A DNA stretch of 64,000 nt from an uncultured candidate division Zixibacteria bacterium (GCA_963801605.1 CAWDFP010000006.1:1088001-1152000); one strand, 5' to 3'; positions 53,050 through 64,000 are shown, counted from the stretch's first letter. The notes: generated by a model from the letters alone, not told the origin. A program made the numbers and translations.

Positions 53050-53238
53050 GAACGGGGATATAATTGGCGGAGTTTATAAGTTTTATCGCTTTCAGGAAAC
53101 CAATTGGAATTCAATAAGTTAAGCAAAACAATTAAAACCTTGCGGCGGTTGAAAAACACTCCCAATTCTCCGAGTTATTGATATAAGGCAAAAAGTGTGC
53201 ATAACATTGCGGAGTAAGCTTATGATTTTAATCCCCAT

Positions 53239-53277
53239 AAAAAAAGCCCCCGAGTATCCCAACTCAGGGGCTTTTTT
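53239..53277. terminator. Bidirectional Rho-independent terminator
   Basis: A7-GCCCCCGAGT...ACTCAGGGGC-T6. Confidence 0.85.
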
Positions 53278-53293
53278 ACAGATGTTTTCTTCT

Positions 53294-55726
53294 TTATTTA
53301 AGAAGCGTCATCTTCATGGTTTCAGTCTGAGTGTCGGTTTTCAGACGGTAGTAGTAAATACCGGATGATACCGTGTTACCAGAGGCGTCGTGGCCGTTCC
53401 AAATAACATTGTAGGTTCCGGGATTGTAGCTGCCATCAACCAATGTCATGATCTTCTGACCGATCATGTTGTAGATTTCAAGCTCAACTCTGCCCGCTGT
53501 CGCCAGCTCGAAAGAAATCATGGTCTGAGCGTTGAACGGGTTGGGATAGTTTTGAGCTAATGAACTTACTGTCGGAATCTGCGGCACGTCGTTACCAACC
53601 GAGGTGGCATTTAGAACGACATCAGCATCGCCAACATCGTTTAATACGGCGTCGAATGGTTGATTCGCCTGGCCATCGCCATATACCGACACGACTGAGA
53701 CGTCATACGAACCGGGCTCAATGCCTTCGAAGGTATAGTAACCATCGGGATCGGTTACTGTAACGCCAACAATTGCGCCGTTGATACTGGCATAAACAAT
53801 CGAACCCTCAGCAATATCATCTACCAGCGAAAGAATATAACCGCCAAGTAGACGAGGGCCGGGGGCAACTGCGGCCAGCGCGAAATTGATTCCGGTGGCA
53901 TTCGGCGTCACCGGTGTGGCGTCGGCGAAATTGTGGACGTTGTCATAAAATTCGCCCATATAGCCACGGGCCGATGAAAATACCTTGTAAGGTATCTGCG
54001 AAAGGCCGTCGAGTAGGTAAGTACCGTCATCATTTGTGAACGTATAGCGGAAATTACGATGGCCGCCGTCACCTACTGCAACAACAACAGCGTGAGCAAT
54101 CGGTGTGCCGGTGGAATCATCGGTTACTAAGCCGGCGATAGTACCGTTGAATGGAGGCGGAACCGCCCCGAGAACGATATTAATACCCGTAACATTTTGA
54201 CCTTCGGCAACCATTACAGAATCAGGATATAAAGCGTGTCTGAAACCGCGGCTGAACGCCCTTACTCTGTACGCGCCTGCGACGGCATGAGTCAGAGTGT
54301 AAGCGCCGGTGCTATCGGTTCTGGTATGAATCAAATAAGGTATGCCTAATTTCCGACCCTCAACAAATGCACCAGCTATACCGTGACCGGCAGTATCTGT
54401 AACCGTTCCGGAAATGCTGCCAAATACTATTGGCGTCAAAGCAAAATTGATGTTCGGAACGATAGTGCTGTCTGGCACTGTAACGTGAGTCGGATATTCC
54501 AGCGAATTATAGTCTCTGGCTGACGCCTGAACGATATATTCGCCGGGACGAGCTGCCAGAAGATATGCGCCGGTGGAATCGGTTCTGGCCATAAAATGCA
54601 TCCAATGGTTGTTTACATCGATGGCAGTTACCATAGCGCCGCGAATCGGCAGAGTGGTAGCCGAATTTGTAACCGTTCCGGAAATACCGCTGGTTGGGGC
54701 TGGCGGCGGCGGAGGCGGACCCTGAGGGGAAAGCAGGAAGTTGATGCCGGTCGGGTTGGTAGCGCTATCAACCACTACTGTAGTGGCCTGGGCGCGCTCG
54801 GGAACGTTATTATACCAGAGCCCTGTAAAGTGATAGGCTTCGGCTCTGATTTGATAATCGCCAAATTGAACATGCAGGGTATAATTTCCCGAACGATCTG
54901 TTTCCGCCATTGCGGAGGGACGATCGCTATTGGGATGATAGGCAAATACCATCGCACCTAAAGGAACAGAAGTGCTATCAGCATGCCCTAAAACTGTTCC
55001 AGTTATTGTTCCCTGGCCAGGAGGCGGGGGAGGGGGTCCCTGTTCGGCAAGCAGGAAATTAATCCCGGTCGGGTTGGTTGCGCTATCAACTACAACTGTG
55101 GTCGCCTGAGCACGTTCGGCAACGTTATTGTACCAGAGTCCCACAAAGTGATAGGCCTCGGCCCTGATCTGATAATTGCCAAACGTTACATGTAGAGTAA
55201 AATTGCCGGAGCGATCAGTCATCGCCATGGCAACTGGACGATCACCGTCCGGATGATAAGCAAATACCTGAGCGGATATAGGAACATTCGTAGTATCTTC
55301 TTGTCCCAATACGGTGCCTGAAATTGTACCCTGGCCGGGTGGCGGCGGAGGCGGCCCCTGGGGGACCATCAGGAAGTCGATGCCAACAGGATTAGTGGCG
55401 CTGTCAACCATAACGGTTGTAGCTTGAGCCCGTTCGGGTACGTTATTGTACCAAAGCGGACTGAAACGATATGCTTCGGCCCTGATTTGATAATCGCCGT
55501 AGGGTACACGTAATGTATAATGTCCCTCTGCATCGGCCATTGTGCCGGTAACCGGCATTTGCCCATTTGGATGATAGGCGACGACATGTGCTCCGGGAAA
55601 CGGCTGTGGAATGCTGTCGGTTTGGGCCATGACAGTTCCAGAAATTGTGCCTTGCTGATGTTGGCCCCAAGCTAATGTAGTCATTAGCAGCAGAGCCATA
55701 GTCACGAAAAACAGTTTCTTCATCAA
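53294..55726 (-). CDS. Secreted carboxypeptidase-regulatory-like (Cna-B-type) repeat protein with poly-Pro linkers and T9SS/FlgD-Ig C-terminus
   Basis: Signal peptide; repeated GTISGTV...TD..G.Y.L...G.Y; three near-identical N-terminal repeats; QNYPNPFN...SSGIYYY...MTLLK. Confidence 0.9.
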   Translation of the reverse strand: MMKKLFFVTMALLLMTTLAWGQHQQGTISGTVMAQTDSIPQPFPGAHVVAYHPNGQMPVTGTMADAEGHYTLRVPYGDYQIRAEAYRFSPLWYNNVPERAQATTVMVDSATNPVGIDFLMVPQGPPPPPPGQGTISGTVLGQEDTTNVPISAQVFAYHPDGDRPVAMAMTDRSGNFTLHVTFGNYQIRAEAYHFVGLWYNNVAERAQATTVVVDSATNPTGINFLLAEQGPPPPPPGQGTITGTVLGHADSTSVPLGAMVFAYHPNSDRPSAMAETDRSGNYTLHVQFGDYQIRAEAYHFTGLWYNNVPERAQATTVVVDSATNPTGINFLLSPQGPPPPPPAPTSGISGTVTNSATTLPIRGAMVTAIDVNNHWMHFMARTDSTGAYLLAARPGEYIVQASARDYNSLEYPTHVTVPDSTIVPNINFALTPIVFGSISGTVTDTAGHGIAGAFVEGRKLGIPYLIHTRTDSTGAYTLTHAVAGAYRVRAFSRGFRHALYPDSVMVAEGQNVTGINIVLGAVPPPFNGTIAGLVTDDSTGTPIAHAVVVAVGDGGHRNFRYTFTNDDGTYLLDGLSQIPYKVFSSARGYMGEFYDNVHNFADATPVTPNATGINFALAAVAPGPRLLGGYILSLVDDIAEGSIVYASINGAIVGVTVTDPDGYYTFEGIEPGSYDVSVVSVYGDGQANQPFDAVLNDVGDADVVLNATSVGNDVPQIPTVSSLAQNYPNPFNAQTMISFELATAGRVELEIYNMIGQKIMTLVDGSYNPGTYNVIWNGHDASGNTVSSGIYYYRLKTDTQTETMKMTLLK

Positions 55727-56017
55727 TTCCTCCTTGCACTCATTTAAATTGTTTGATCAATAAATTTCGTATTCACCTTTGACTTTGACACAGTGAAATA
55801 GAAGAGGTTTAATCCCCGTTTGCCATTTGGGGATAATACTTCTTTCATTGTCAATATCCAAAAAAAGCTGTCAAAAATTAATTTGGGCCATTCATTTTGC
55901 TCGCAACTCACCGTACATTTTAAAAACGCTTGGTCAATTTCCCGGTTTTACAACAAAATAATACGAAGAGCAGTTCCGGCCTATTAAGAAACTCCGTTAA
56001 AAATTTCTTTTCAAATA

Positions 56018-56046
56018 ATAATACCCTTGTCGCCCCTTAATGTCAA
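56018..56046 (-). promoter_or_regulatory. sigma70 promoter for 55726 gene
   Basis: TTGACA-17 bp-TATTAT. Confidence 0.65.
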
Positions 56047-56339
56047 GATGTTATGCTGCTTCAATTCCAATTTTTGTCTGCTAAAGTGTAATTATTATTA
56101 ATAATTTTTTTTACGATAATTCTCTATCGAACAAGCCCGAACCTTCTACAAAAATTTGGGAAATGAAATAAGCGTGAAAAATCATTTGTAATTTAATACT
56201 GTAAGACCTTTCCTAATAAGAAGTTAGTTATTTTATTGTGCTTTCTTTACGAGGACAACCATTAAAAGTGTTATTAAAATAAGCATTGCCAATTTTGAGA
56301 AATAGGATATATTCACTACTGTAGAAAATTGTAACAGTT

Positions 56340-59300
56340 ATGGATTTAGTTAATAACAGATACGAACTAAAAAGAATGCTCGGTTCTGGTGCACTGGGCG
56401 ATATATACCTCTGCCATGATCATCGCGAAGACCGGTTGGTCTGTCTAAAGATATTAAGAGCAACTAACCCAGACGTAATTACTGACATTATTGAGGAGTT
56501 CAAACTTCTTTCTGCCCTGGATCATCCCTGTCTAATCAAGGTTTATGACTTTGAACGCGATGAAAAAATCGGTCCCTATTTTACGATGGAGTACGCCTCA
56601 AACGGCGATTTGGGACAACACCTGCCTCTTGATTTCAAGAGATTTATTTCCGCTGCAAATGCGATCCTGGCGGCAATGGCATTTATTCATAGTCGAAATA
56701 TTATCCATGGCGACCTGAAACCTGCTAATATACTGATCGATTCAAAAAACAATTATCGGCTGAGCGACTTCGGGTTATCATCAATTCTGGGAGGATCGGA
56801 ATTAACCCGCCGGTCAGGAAGCATCCTCTATGTTGCGCCGGAGATAATGCGTTACGAGCAGGCCACCGTTAAATCCGATATCTATTCTCTGGGCATATTA
56901 TTTTATGAGATGCTGTTGGGTTGTTCTCCCTATCACACCGAAAATCCCGATGAAATCTTAAGCGCTAAACTTCGCGGTGAAACTCCGATAGATCTCATCC
57001 CGGATGCAATCGGCGGAGAAAAAATAACACAGATTTTACGCAAGATGACATCATCTCAGCCTGCGCAACGATATCCGTCAATCGAGGATGTCGCGAATGA
57101 TTTAAAAAGTTTGAGAAATAACGGGGAACCTGTTGAGGCTATCTCAGTTATCGGGCGCGCGAAATTTGTGGGACGGAAAGAGGAACTTGCCTGGTTAAAT
57201 GCCGGACTGGAGCGTTGGAGTCAAGGCGAAAGTGTCACTTATTTCATTGGGGGCGAGGCTGGTATTGGGAAAAGCTGGTTATTGGATGAGTTTCGAGTCA
57301 GGTCGCAGGTGGCAGGATATAAGTTTTATCGAGTTTACTGTCGCGAGGATGATTTACGGCCATTTTCCCCGATTCTAAAGCTGCTAAGCCACCTTTTCGA
57401 TGAGCTTGATCCGAGTTTAAAGAGATTTTCAAGCTTCGGCCCGGACTTGAAAAGATTATTCCCCGTTAAATTTTCAGGAGCTGGGCAACAGGCGTTAAGC
57501 GAGGCCGATATTAAATCGGGGCGGCGCAGGCTGCTCGATAATCTTCTGCAATATTTGGGCGATATAAGCTCGAGCGGCAAAGCAATTTTCGCCATTGAGG
57601 ATATCCAATGGGCCGATAGTGATACTCAAGATTTCCTGAAGTTAGCTTTTGAAATGCCATTAAATATAATAGGCCGAGCATTATTTCTGGTCACCACCGG
57701 ACAAGTACATTCGGATAACAAGTCACAAATCCCAAAACCATCAAATCCGGTTAAACTCAGAATATTAGCCGGCCCTGACAGGGAAACCTGGAAGCTGTTT
57801 TTAACTGATTTAATCGGCGGCAATTTTCCGGAAGATTTTTCGCAACGGCTTTTAAGCGAAACCGGCGGGAATTTTCTATTTACAACCGAGATCATCAAAG
57901 AACTTGTCGAATCCAGACTTCTTCATCGGTTACAGGGAGAATGGATTCCAGAGGTAGATTGGCCAACCAAAATTAATGTTCCTCAGGGTGTCAAACCGGT
58001 AATTGCGAGGCGAATCAACCGCCTCCGTCCGGAGTTGAGAGCAGTAACGGACCTGGCTTCAGTGTTGGATCGCTCGTTTTTACCCGAGGAACTTGAAGGG
58101 CTGGGAGTAACGAAACCCGAGACTTACCTGCATGAATTGATTGGGCTGGGAATTTTGGGACGCACGATAATTGGAACTCATGAACGATATGATTTTTCCC
58201 ACGGTCAGCTTCGCCGAGTCTCTTACGAGCTATTAAGCGAGGATTGGCGCGAAACCTATCATCGCAAAATCGCGGAATTTTCCGAAAAGAAGGGAGGCGA
58301 ACCCGAATATTTAGGTCATCATTATTTAGAAGCAAAGAGATTCGATAAAGCTTATGGCTATATATACAACTCCGCTCATAAAGCGGAACAGCTTTATGCA
58401 TATCATAGATCTGCCGATTTCTATCGGCAAGCGCTTCGATGTTTAGAAAGCCAGCCCGATAGCCTGGAGCGAAATGACCGTTTTTTTGAAATTTATCTCG
58501 GTTTGGGGAAATCTTTAGATTTCTTTTCGCCGCTTGAGGCTACCGAATCGCTCTTAAGAGCAGTGCAGTTAGCCCAACTGGGAAAACCGGAACAGCTGGC
58601 AGAAGCTTCAATCTGGGCAGGTAATAATCATGTGCATATCGGCGAAAATGAAAAGGCGGTTCCTTATTTTGAAAAGGCACTATCGGCGGCTCGGGAAATT
58701 AATAATTTCAGGCTAACAGGCGAGGCAGGCACCGGATTGGGATTTGCTTACGACAAGATGGGTCGTCTCGATGAGGCTGAGAAATCGTATCTGCGCGCTC
58801 TTAATGCGCTTTCCGAGGTTGACTATCCGGAGGCATCCTGTCGCGTTTTAAATTCTATGGGAATCATCTCCAAACGTCGCGGTGATTTCAATCGAGCTCT
58901 GGATTTCTACCGTCGGGCGCTTGATATATCTATCGAAAAGAAATTTTTCTGGTCAGCCATGAATCTCTACGGCAATCTGGGGAATCTCTATATTGCCAGG
59001 GGGGATCTTAAAAGTGGTCTCGATTATTATATAAAATCGCTTCAGATTTCAGAGGAGATATCAGATCGGCGTATAGAGAGCATTAACCTGCTAAATATCG
59101 GCCATACATTTAATGAGGTGGGAGACCTGGAGCAAGCCGAAAAGCATTTCTTCCAGGCGATCCATAAGCTTAAAGACCTCGGAGATAAGGGTTCGGAGGC
59201 CATAGCGCTTAACAATCTCGGACTTCTCTATTATCGTAAGGGAGAGATTGCCAAATCGATCGAGCACTATCAAAAAGGTCGGGATTTAGCCAAAGAAATA

Positions 59301-61514
59301 AATCAACCTCGTGCTGAACTTGCCAACCGTATCGGGCTGGCCGAGGATTTTACTGCCATAGCAGCGTTTGATGAAGCCGGAGAGGAGGGGGAGCTGGCTA
59401 AATCGATGGCGACAGAAATCAATGATATGGAGCAATTGGCGGCCGCTCTTTCCACACTTGCGGAAATTAAATTCGAAACGGGTGACACAAAGGGAGCCTC
59501 GCAGGAGATTATCTCATTCCTGGGGCTATCAGATCAAATTGGCGAGCCAATTCAAAGAGCGAAAATTCTGTTATTGGGGCAAGCCTGCGCCATGACCGTC
59601 ATACCGCTGAATGAGCTCGATGAGCTTCTATCCCAAAATCCCAGAATTGGACCTATGGTAACCCGATTTCGAGCCCTGGGCGCCATCAACAGCAGCAAAA
59701 ATCCGGAGCTTTGGCTGGCCCAATTAGATGACGCTATCAGAAAAGCTCGATCGTTTTTCTTGCCTGGTGAGACCTGGAGGCTACTATCGCTAAAGGCCAG
59801 ATTTTTAAGCTTAATGGGGGAGAAATTTGAAAGCGTTCGCGAAATAGAAAAATTAAGGGGAGAGATTTCGTCAGCTTTGGCGGGCCTGCCCCAAAAATCA
59901 AAGCTGATTGCTTTCTTGCAGGTATTGCCCGAAACCGAGAATAAAACCGAAAGAAGATTGGATACCATGACTAATGCATCGCGCGAAGAGCGTTTGGAAG
60001 TCCTCATACGGGTAGCGAGGACCGTGAATACCATAAGAGAGCTTGATCCGCTCCTGAATAAAATTATGGATTTAGCGCTTGAGACTCTGGGCGGTGAAAG
60101 AGGTTTCATAATGCTATTTTCCAATTCCGATGGATTGGAGGGAAAAGCGCTGGAACCAAGAGTGGCTCGAAATTTGGCTCGTGAGGATATCCTGAGCGAA
60201 ACAACAATCTCGCATTCGAGCGCCATGGATGTGGCCGTCACGGGAAAGCCGTTGCTATTGGGTAAAAGCGAAGACCAGGTTGATCCCCGGCAATCGATGG
60301 TGACATTTCGTATTTCATCGCTCCTTTGTGTGCCATTGGCGGTTAAGGGAGAGGTTTTAGGGATTGTCTATGTTGATAGTCGGTCGGGCAAAACATTTAC
60401 AAACGACGATCTCGATTTTCTGGTGAGTTTCGCCGACCTGGCGGCAATTGCGATAGAAAATGCCAGCCTATCGGAGGGTCTTTCGAAAAAGAATAGCTAT
60501 CTTCAAAAGCAGGTCGAATCGATTTGGGGATTTGGTAATATCGTAGGACGGTCCGCCGCCATGCAGAAGGTTTTTCGGATGGCGGAATCGGTGGCTGAAA
60601 CGGATGTTACAGTAGTAATCGCTGGTGAATCGGGCACCGGTAAGGAGCTTTTGGCCCGCGCCATCCATTTTGCAAGCCCTCGGAAAAAAGGACGGTTTGT
60701 TCCGGTCGACTGCGGAGCGATGGCTGAAACGCTTCTGGAATCCGAACTCTTTGGCTATCTCAAAGGGGCTTTTACCGGAGCGGTTTCCGATCGGGAAGGT
60801 CTTTTCGAGGCTGCCGAGGGCGGAACTGTTTTTCTCGATGAGATCAGCAATACCAGCAAAAACTTTCAAGCCAAGCTTCTTAGAGTATTACAGGAAAATG
60901 AAATTCGTCGGGTAGGCGATACTCGCACCAGAAAAGTCGATGTCAGGGTTATTGCAGCCACCAATAAGGATCTCGAGGGAGAGGTGAAGACGGGAAATTT
61001 CAGGGAGGACCTTTTCTACCGGCTCAACGTAGTCAATATCACTTTGCCGCTTCTAAAAGATCGTTCAGATGATATACCTGTTTTGGCCAATTATTTTCTG
61101 CAAAAGATTTGCGATAAAATGAAAATCCCACACAAAACTTTTTCGTCTCAAGCTCTCGATGCTATTCAATGTTTTCACTGGCCGGGGAATGTCAGGCAAC
61201 TTGAAAATATATGCGAACGGGCCACAATTTTCGCCAAATCAAGCATTATCGATCTTGAGGTGCTTCCCGTTGAAATTAGATCTTATAATACGAGTCCCCG
61301 TCAGACTGGCGGGCCGCTCTCGGCCCCCAAAACCAAAGCGGAGCTTAAGAGCGAAAAAGCCCGGATCGAACGTCTCTTTATTTTGGATATCCTAAACCGA
61401 ACCGATGGCAACGTTATGGAAGCATCGCGGCTTTCCGGCATGGACCGCTCGCAGATTCATCATTTGATGAGCAGGTTGGGAATTATTAGCGCCGATTTTA
61501 AGAAAAGCGACTGA
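56340..61514 (+). CDS. Ser/Thr kinase-AAA ATPase-TPR-GAF-sigma54 enhancer-binding protein with Fis-type HTH
   Basis: [29 protein letters not shown] and EDIQWAD; TPR array; [35 protein letters not shown]. Confidence 0.93.
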   Translation: MDLVNNRYELKRMLGSGALGDIYLCHDHREDRLVCLKILRATNPDVITDIIEEFKLLSALDHPCLIKVYDFERDEKIGPYFTMEYASNGDLGQHLPLDFKRFISAANAILAAMAFIHSRNIIHGDLKPANILIDSKNNYRLSDFGLSSILGGSELTRRSGSILYVAPEIMRYEQATVKSDIYSLGILFYEMLLGCSPYHTENPDEILSAKLRGETPIDLIPDAIGGEKITQILRKMTSSQPAQRYPSIEDVANDLKSLRNNGEPVEAISVIGRAKFVGRKEELAWLNAGLERWSQGESVTYFIGGEAGIGKSWLLDEFRVRSQVAGYKFYRVYCREDDLRPFSPILKLLSHLFDELDPSLKRFSSFGPDLKRLFPVKFSGAGQQALSEADIKSGRRRLLDNLLQYLGDISSSGKAIFAIEDIQWADSDTQDFLKLAFEMPLNIIGRALFLVTTGQVHSDNKSQIPKPSNPVKLRILAGPDRETWKLFLTDLIGGNFPEDFSQRLLSETGGNFLFTTEIIKELVESRLLHRLQGEWIPEVDWPTKINVPQGVKPVIARRINRLRPELRAVTDLASVLDRSFLPEELEGLGVTKPETYLHELIGLGILGRTIIGTHERYDFSHGQLRRVSYELLSEDWRETYHRKIAEFSEKKGGEPEYLGHHYLEAKRFDKAYGYIYNSAHKAEQLYAYHRSADFYRQALRCLESQPDSLERNDRFFEIYLGLGKSLDFFSPLEATESLLRAVQLAQLGKPEQLAEASIWAGNNHVHIGENEKAVPYFEKALSAAREINNFRLTGEAGTGLGFAYDKMGRLDEAEKSYLRALNALSEVDYPEASCRVLNSMGIISKRRGDFNRALDFYRRALDISIEKKFFWSAMNLYGNLGNLYIARGDLKSGLDYYIKSLQISEEISDRRIESINLLNIGHTFNEVGDLEQAEKHFFQAIHKLKDLGDKGSEAIALNNLGLLYYRKGEIAKSIEHYQKGRDLAKEINQPRAELANRIGLAEDFTAIAAFDEAGEEGELAKSMATEINDMEQLAAALSTLAEIKFETGDTKGASQEIISFLGLSDQIGEPIQRAKILLLGQACAMTVIPLNELDELLSQNPRIGPMVTRFRALGAINSSKNPELWLAQLDDAIRKARSFFLPGETWRLLSLKARFLSLMGEKFESVREIEKLRGEISSALAGLPQKSKLIAFLQVLPETENKTERRLDTMTNASREERLEVLIRVARTVNTIRELDPLLNKIMDLALETLGGERGFIMLFSNSDGLEGKALEPRVARNLAREDILSETTISHSSAMDVAVTGKPLLLGKSEDQVDPRQSMVTFRISSLLCVPLAVKGEVLGIVYVDSRSGKTFTNDDLDFLVSFADLAAIAIENASLSEGLSKKNSYLQKQVESIWGFGNIVGRSAAMQKVFRMAESVAETDVTVVIAGESGTGKELLARAIHFASPRKKGRFVPVDCGAMAETLLESELFGYLKGAFTGAVSDREGLFEAAEGGTVFLDEISNTSKNFQAKLLRVLQENEIRRVGDTRTRKVDVRVIAATNKDLEGEVKTGNFREDLFYRLNVVNITLPLLKDRSDDIPVLANYFLQKICDKMKIPHKTFSSQALDAIQCFHWPGNVRQLENICERATIFAKSSIIDLEVLPVEIRSYNTSPRQTGGPLSAPKTKAELKSEKARIERLFILDILNRTDGNVMEASRLSGMDRSQIHHLMSRLGIISADFKKSD

Positions 61515-61526
61515 CAAGTTGGGTCG

Positions 61527-61693
61527 TCCGGCCCGGGTTCCGCCTTTTGTCCCGATAAATCGGGACAAAAGTAAAATCCGATGAATTCAAAATCGTATAT
61601 AATTCTATGTTACTTTATTTATTCAGAATAATAACACTATTCCCGGCGATTTCTGCGTCCCGATCTATGATCGGGAGGCGGAACCCGGCCGGA
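61527..61693. repeat. Palindromic REPIN/MITE-like doublet element, copy 3
   Basis: Terminal IR TCCGGCCCGGGTTCCGCCT / AGGCGGAACCCGGCCGGA; AAATCCGAT and a degenerate CGATTTC; internal hairpins. Confidence 0.8.
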
Positions 61694-62233
61694 AATTGTC
61701 GATCGCGGTGTGCTTTGCTAGGCTCTCTTTTTTGGACCGCTATTCTGGCTTTTGTTACGATTTTGGTATTTCAGATGGCGATCAATCCATATAAGCACCA
61801 CTATTCCGGCAGCAGTCCCGGAGACGGCCCCCAGCATAAGCTCTGTGGATGATGGAAAGTTCAGTTCGGTTGCTAATTGCTGTATAATCATAGTTCTACT
61901 TCTCGCATTCTTTTTATTCTTGACAGTATTACAGACGCTTTTTAAGACCTTAAAACTTATTTTAACTATACTATAATCAAAGGACATGCCCGATTTTATT
62001 GTGTCGCCGATTGGCGTGATAATTCGCCGGATTTCGAATTTAGAAATCGAGAGGCATCATCTAAATTGCTGATAAAATATGAATTGCGTCAGAGGATTGA
62101 TAGGTCGCCGAAGTGATCAATATTATAACAGTAATGGGCTCATTAAAATATATTATCTTATCGATTTTAGATACTGTGAAAAAGAATGCATACTCAGATT
62201 GCCTGCTTGCAGGTATTATTCTTAAAAAAAGAC

Positions 62234-62261
62234 TTGCAATATTTCGAATGATAGCTATAAT
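62234..62261 (+). promoter_or_regulatory. sigma70 promoter, near-leaderless
   Basis: TTGCAA-16 bp-TATAAT, 8 nt before ATG 62270. Confidence 0.6.
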
Positions 62262-62269
62262 TATTTTGG

Positions 62270-64000
62270 ATGCGTACGTATGGGAAGATACTAACCGGCT
62301 TTTTTATATTTTTATTTCTTTGTATTTCCGTTCAGGCGGCTGACCATGGCATCCTCTCGGGACAGGTCACTCTGAAGGGAGTAAGTAGTGCTATCGAAGG
62401 GGCCGCCATATATGTTTATGATATTTCCGAGACAAAAATAGATTCGGCTTTCAGCGATATTCAGGGGGAATTTAACCTGAATTTACCAGCCGGTAATTAT
62501 TATATTTCGGCCGAAAAAGATAATCTCATTAAAGAGTATTTCCCAGGCGCTTATCTTATTAGCGACGCTCATAAGGTTGCGATTTCAAACAGGCAAAATA
62601 CCAAGGTGCTTTTTGCCTTAAAGACCGGCGGCTGGATTTCGGGCACATTCGCATTTGAAGGCGATGATGTCCCCACGGGGTTAATCACAGCTATTAAAAT
62701 CGATCAGCCCGATGAGGGTTGGTATAAGAGCTTGAATTTGGATGGTCCTTTTCCCAGCGCTTATGCTCTTCAGGGGCTAATCCCCGGTACCTACAAACTA
62801 CTGGCACGAGCTCGCGGCAAGAGCACCGAGTATTACCCCGGAGTTGAAAATATAGGAGACGCTTCGGCAATTACTGTTAGCCGGGATTTGGGCGTTTCCA
62901 ATATCGCCTTTATGCTCGATCAAGTGGGCTGGGGCACAATTCAGGGGCATGTTATTAATCAAATTAATGGTCAAGGTATAGCCAATCTATCGATAAGTGC
63001 ATATCAATGGCGTGATTTTTGGCAAGATCCCAATCTTTCCAATGTTAGGTCTAATCCTGATGGCAGCTACCAACTAAATGTACCGGCTGGGGACTACTTC
63101 ATATTTACGGTTTATTCGGTTTACAGCGGAGCCTCGATGGTGCTTTATTATAACAACTGCTTTGACCCCACAAGCGCCAATATTGTTCACGTAGCCGAAG
63201 GTCAAACGGTCCAAAGCATTGATTTTGAAATCAATTTTACAGTCAAGCATAATTTATCGATTTCCGGTATGGTCACTGACCAGCGCACCGGGTATGGATT
63301 AAACGATGTGGTAGTTACTGCCATCAATAGCGAAACGGGCCTCCAGGCGGGTTCGGCCTATAGTATTGGCGATGGCAATTTCTCGATTAACGGTCTTATG
63401 TCTGGAAGATATCTGCTGATGTTTTCGGGTACTTATGTCATCCCATACTTTTATTCCGGGGCCGAAAACTGGCAGGATGGTAATATAATCGAGTTAAGCG
63501 GTCATTTTGACAATATCCGAACTGAGGCGATTACTCAGGATTATGGCAACAATGGGCTATCGATTGCCGGTACGGTGACAACACCTGATGGACCGTTAAA
63601 TGGTGTTAGAATTTACGCCTATCCGTATGGAAGTTCTGATCCGATCGCCTATGCCAGAACGGATGATTTTGGTTATTACTCAATCGTTAACGGCTTGGTC
63701 CCGGGCGTATATCGGATTACGTGCGATATGTTTGGTTATGAGCATCAGGAATACCCGAACGCAATTTATCTGGACCTGATGACAAACCCCGAAGCCACGG
63801 GAATCGATTTTGTACTAAATGGAACCACCAATATTGCCTATGATATTGCTCCGCTGGTAGGCAAAATTTCAATTGAGGGCAATTATCCGAATCCATTTAA
63901 TATGGTAACTTTAATAAGAGTTTACTCCGGTCGCAGCGATGAATTTTCAAGCCATTTGACTGTGTTCAATTTGCTCGGGCAGATGGTTGGTGAAAAGGCC
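62270..64000 (+). CDS. Secreted carboxypeptidase-regulatory-like repeat protein with T9SS C-terminal domain; runs off window end
   Basis: Absent from track (no stop in window). MRTYGKILTGFFIFLFLCISVQAADHGILSGQV...; GWISGT, GTIQGHV, SISGMV repeats; ends GNYPNPFN...FNLLGQMV in the same frame. Confidence 0.88.
   Translation, partial: MRTYGKILTGFFIFLFLCISVQAADHGILSGQVTLKGVSSAIEGAAIYVYDISETKIDSAFSDIQGEFNLNLPAGNYYISAEKDNLIKEYFPGAYLISDAHKVAISNRQNTKVLFALKTGGWISGTFAFEGDDVPTGLITAIKIDQPDEGWYKSLNLDGPFPSAYALQGLIPGTYKLLARARGKSTEYYPGVENIGDASAITVSRDLGVSNIAFMLDQVGWGTIQGHVINQINGQGIANLSISAYQWRDFWQDPNLSNVRSNPDGSYQLNVPAGDYFIFTVYSVYSGASMVLYYNNCFDPTSANIVHVAEGQTVQSIDFEINFTVKHNLSISGMVTDQRTGYGLNDVVVTAINSETGLQAGSAYSIGDGNFSINGLMSGRYLLMFSGTYVIPYFYSGAENWQDGNIIELSGHFDNIRTEAITQDYGNNGLSIAGTVTTPDGPLNGVRIYAYPYGSSDPIAYARTDDFGYYSIVNGLVPGVYRITCDMFGYEHQEYPNAIYLDLMTNPEATGIDFVLNGTTNIAYDIAPLVGKISIEGNYPNPFNMVTLIRVYSGRSDEFSSHLTVFNLLGQMVGEKA

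Noticed and set aside
55811..55826. sigma54 promoter for the 55726 gene
   Set aside because: TGGCAA lacks a correctly spaced GC, and a perfect sigma70 promoter exists at 56018-56046.
61607..62343. Short ORFs between the activator and the 62270 gene
   Set aside because: They overlap a repeat or promoter, lack SDs and motifs, and conflict with each other.

Overview
A 64-kb chromosomal window from an FCB-group bacterium. It is most consistent with Candidatus Zixibacteria, inferred from many secreted proteins ending in a NYPNPFN T9SS/FlgD-Ig-type C-terminal domain, a PorV-like barrel and a GDANNS..NGLDVTY dockerin-like module. Housekeeping blocks (dnaE; acpS-aldolase-aminotransferase-dNK-folB-folK-panB-panC; ubiA-DUF362-SMR; rpiB; uvrC-MBL-PHP-mpg-lepA) alternate with large secreted proteins: two tandem PD40 propeller paralogues, an FG-GAP protein, a ~2,300-aa multidomain dockerin protein, a gingipain-like C25 protein, and two carboxypeptidase-regulatory-like repeat proteins flanking a Ser/Thr kinase-AAA-TPR-GAF-sigma54 activator. 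Several genes, including lepA, carry indels that look like long-read errors. The best unannotated signals are: (1) a three-copy family of ~170-200 bp palindromic doublets with fixed flanks and freely varying hairpins; (2) a candidate sigma54-driven structured sRNA that exposes an anti-Shine-Dalgarno loop, near the kinase-sigma54 activator; (3) a 27-aa Lys/Arg/Thr microprotein gene; (4) two apparent pseudo-enzymes; (5) an orphan DUF6519 (eCIS/tail-associated) gene. No rRNA, tRNA, CRISPR array, transposase or integrase was recognised. All family assignments are by eye from motifs; no database search was run.
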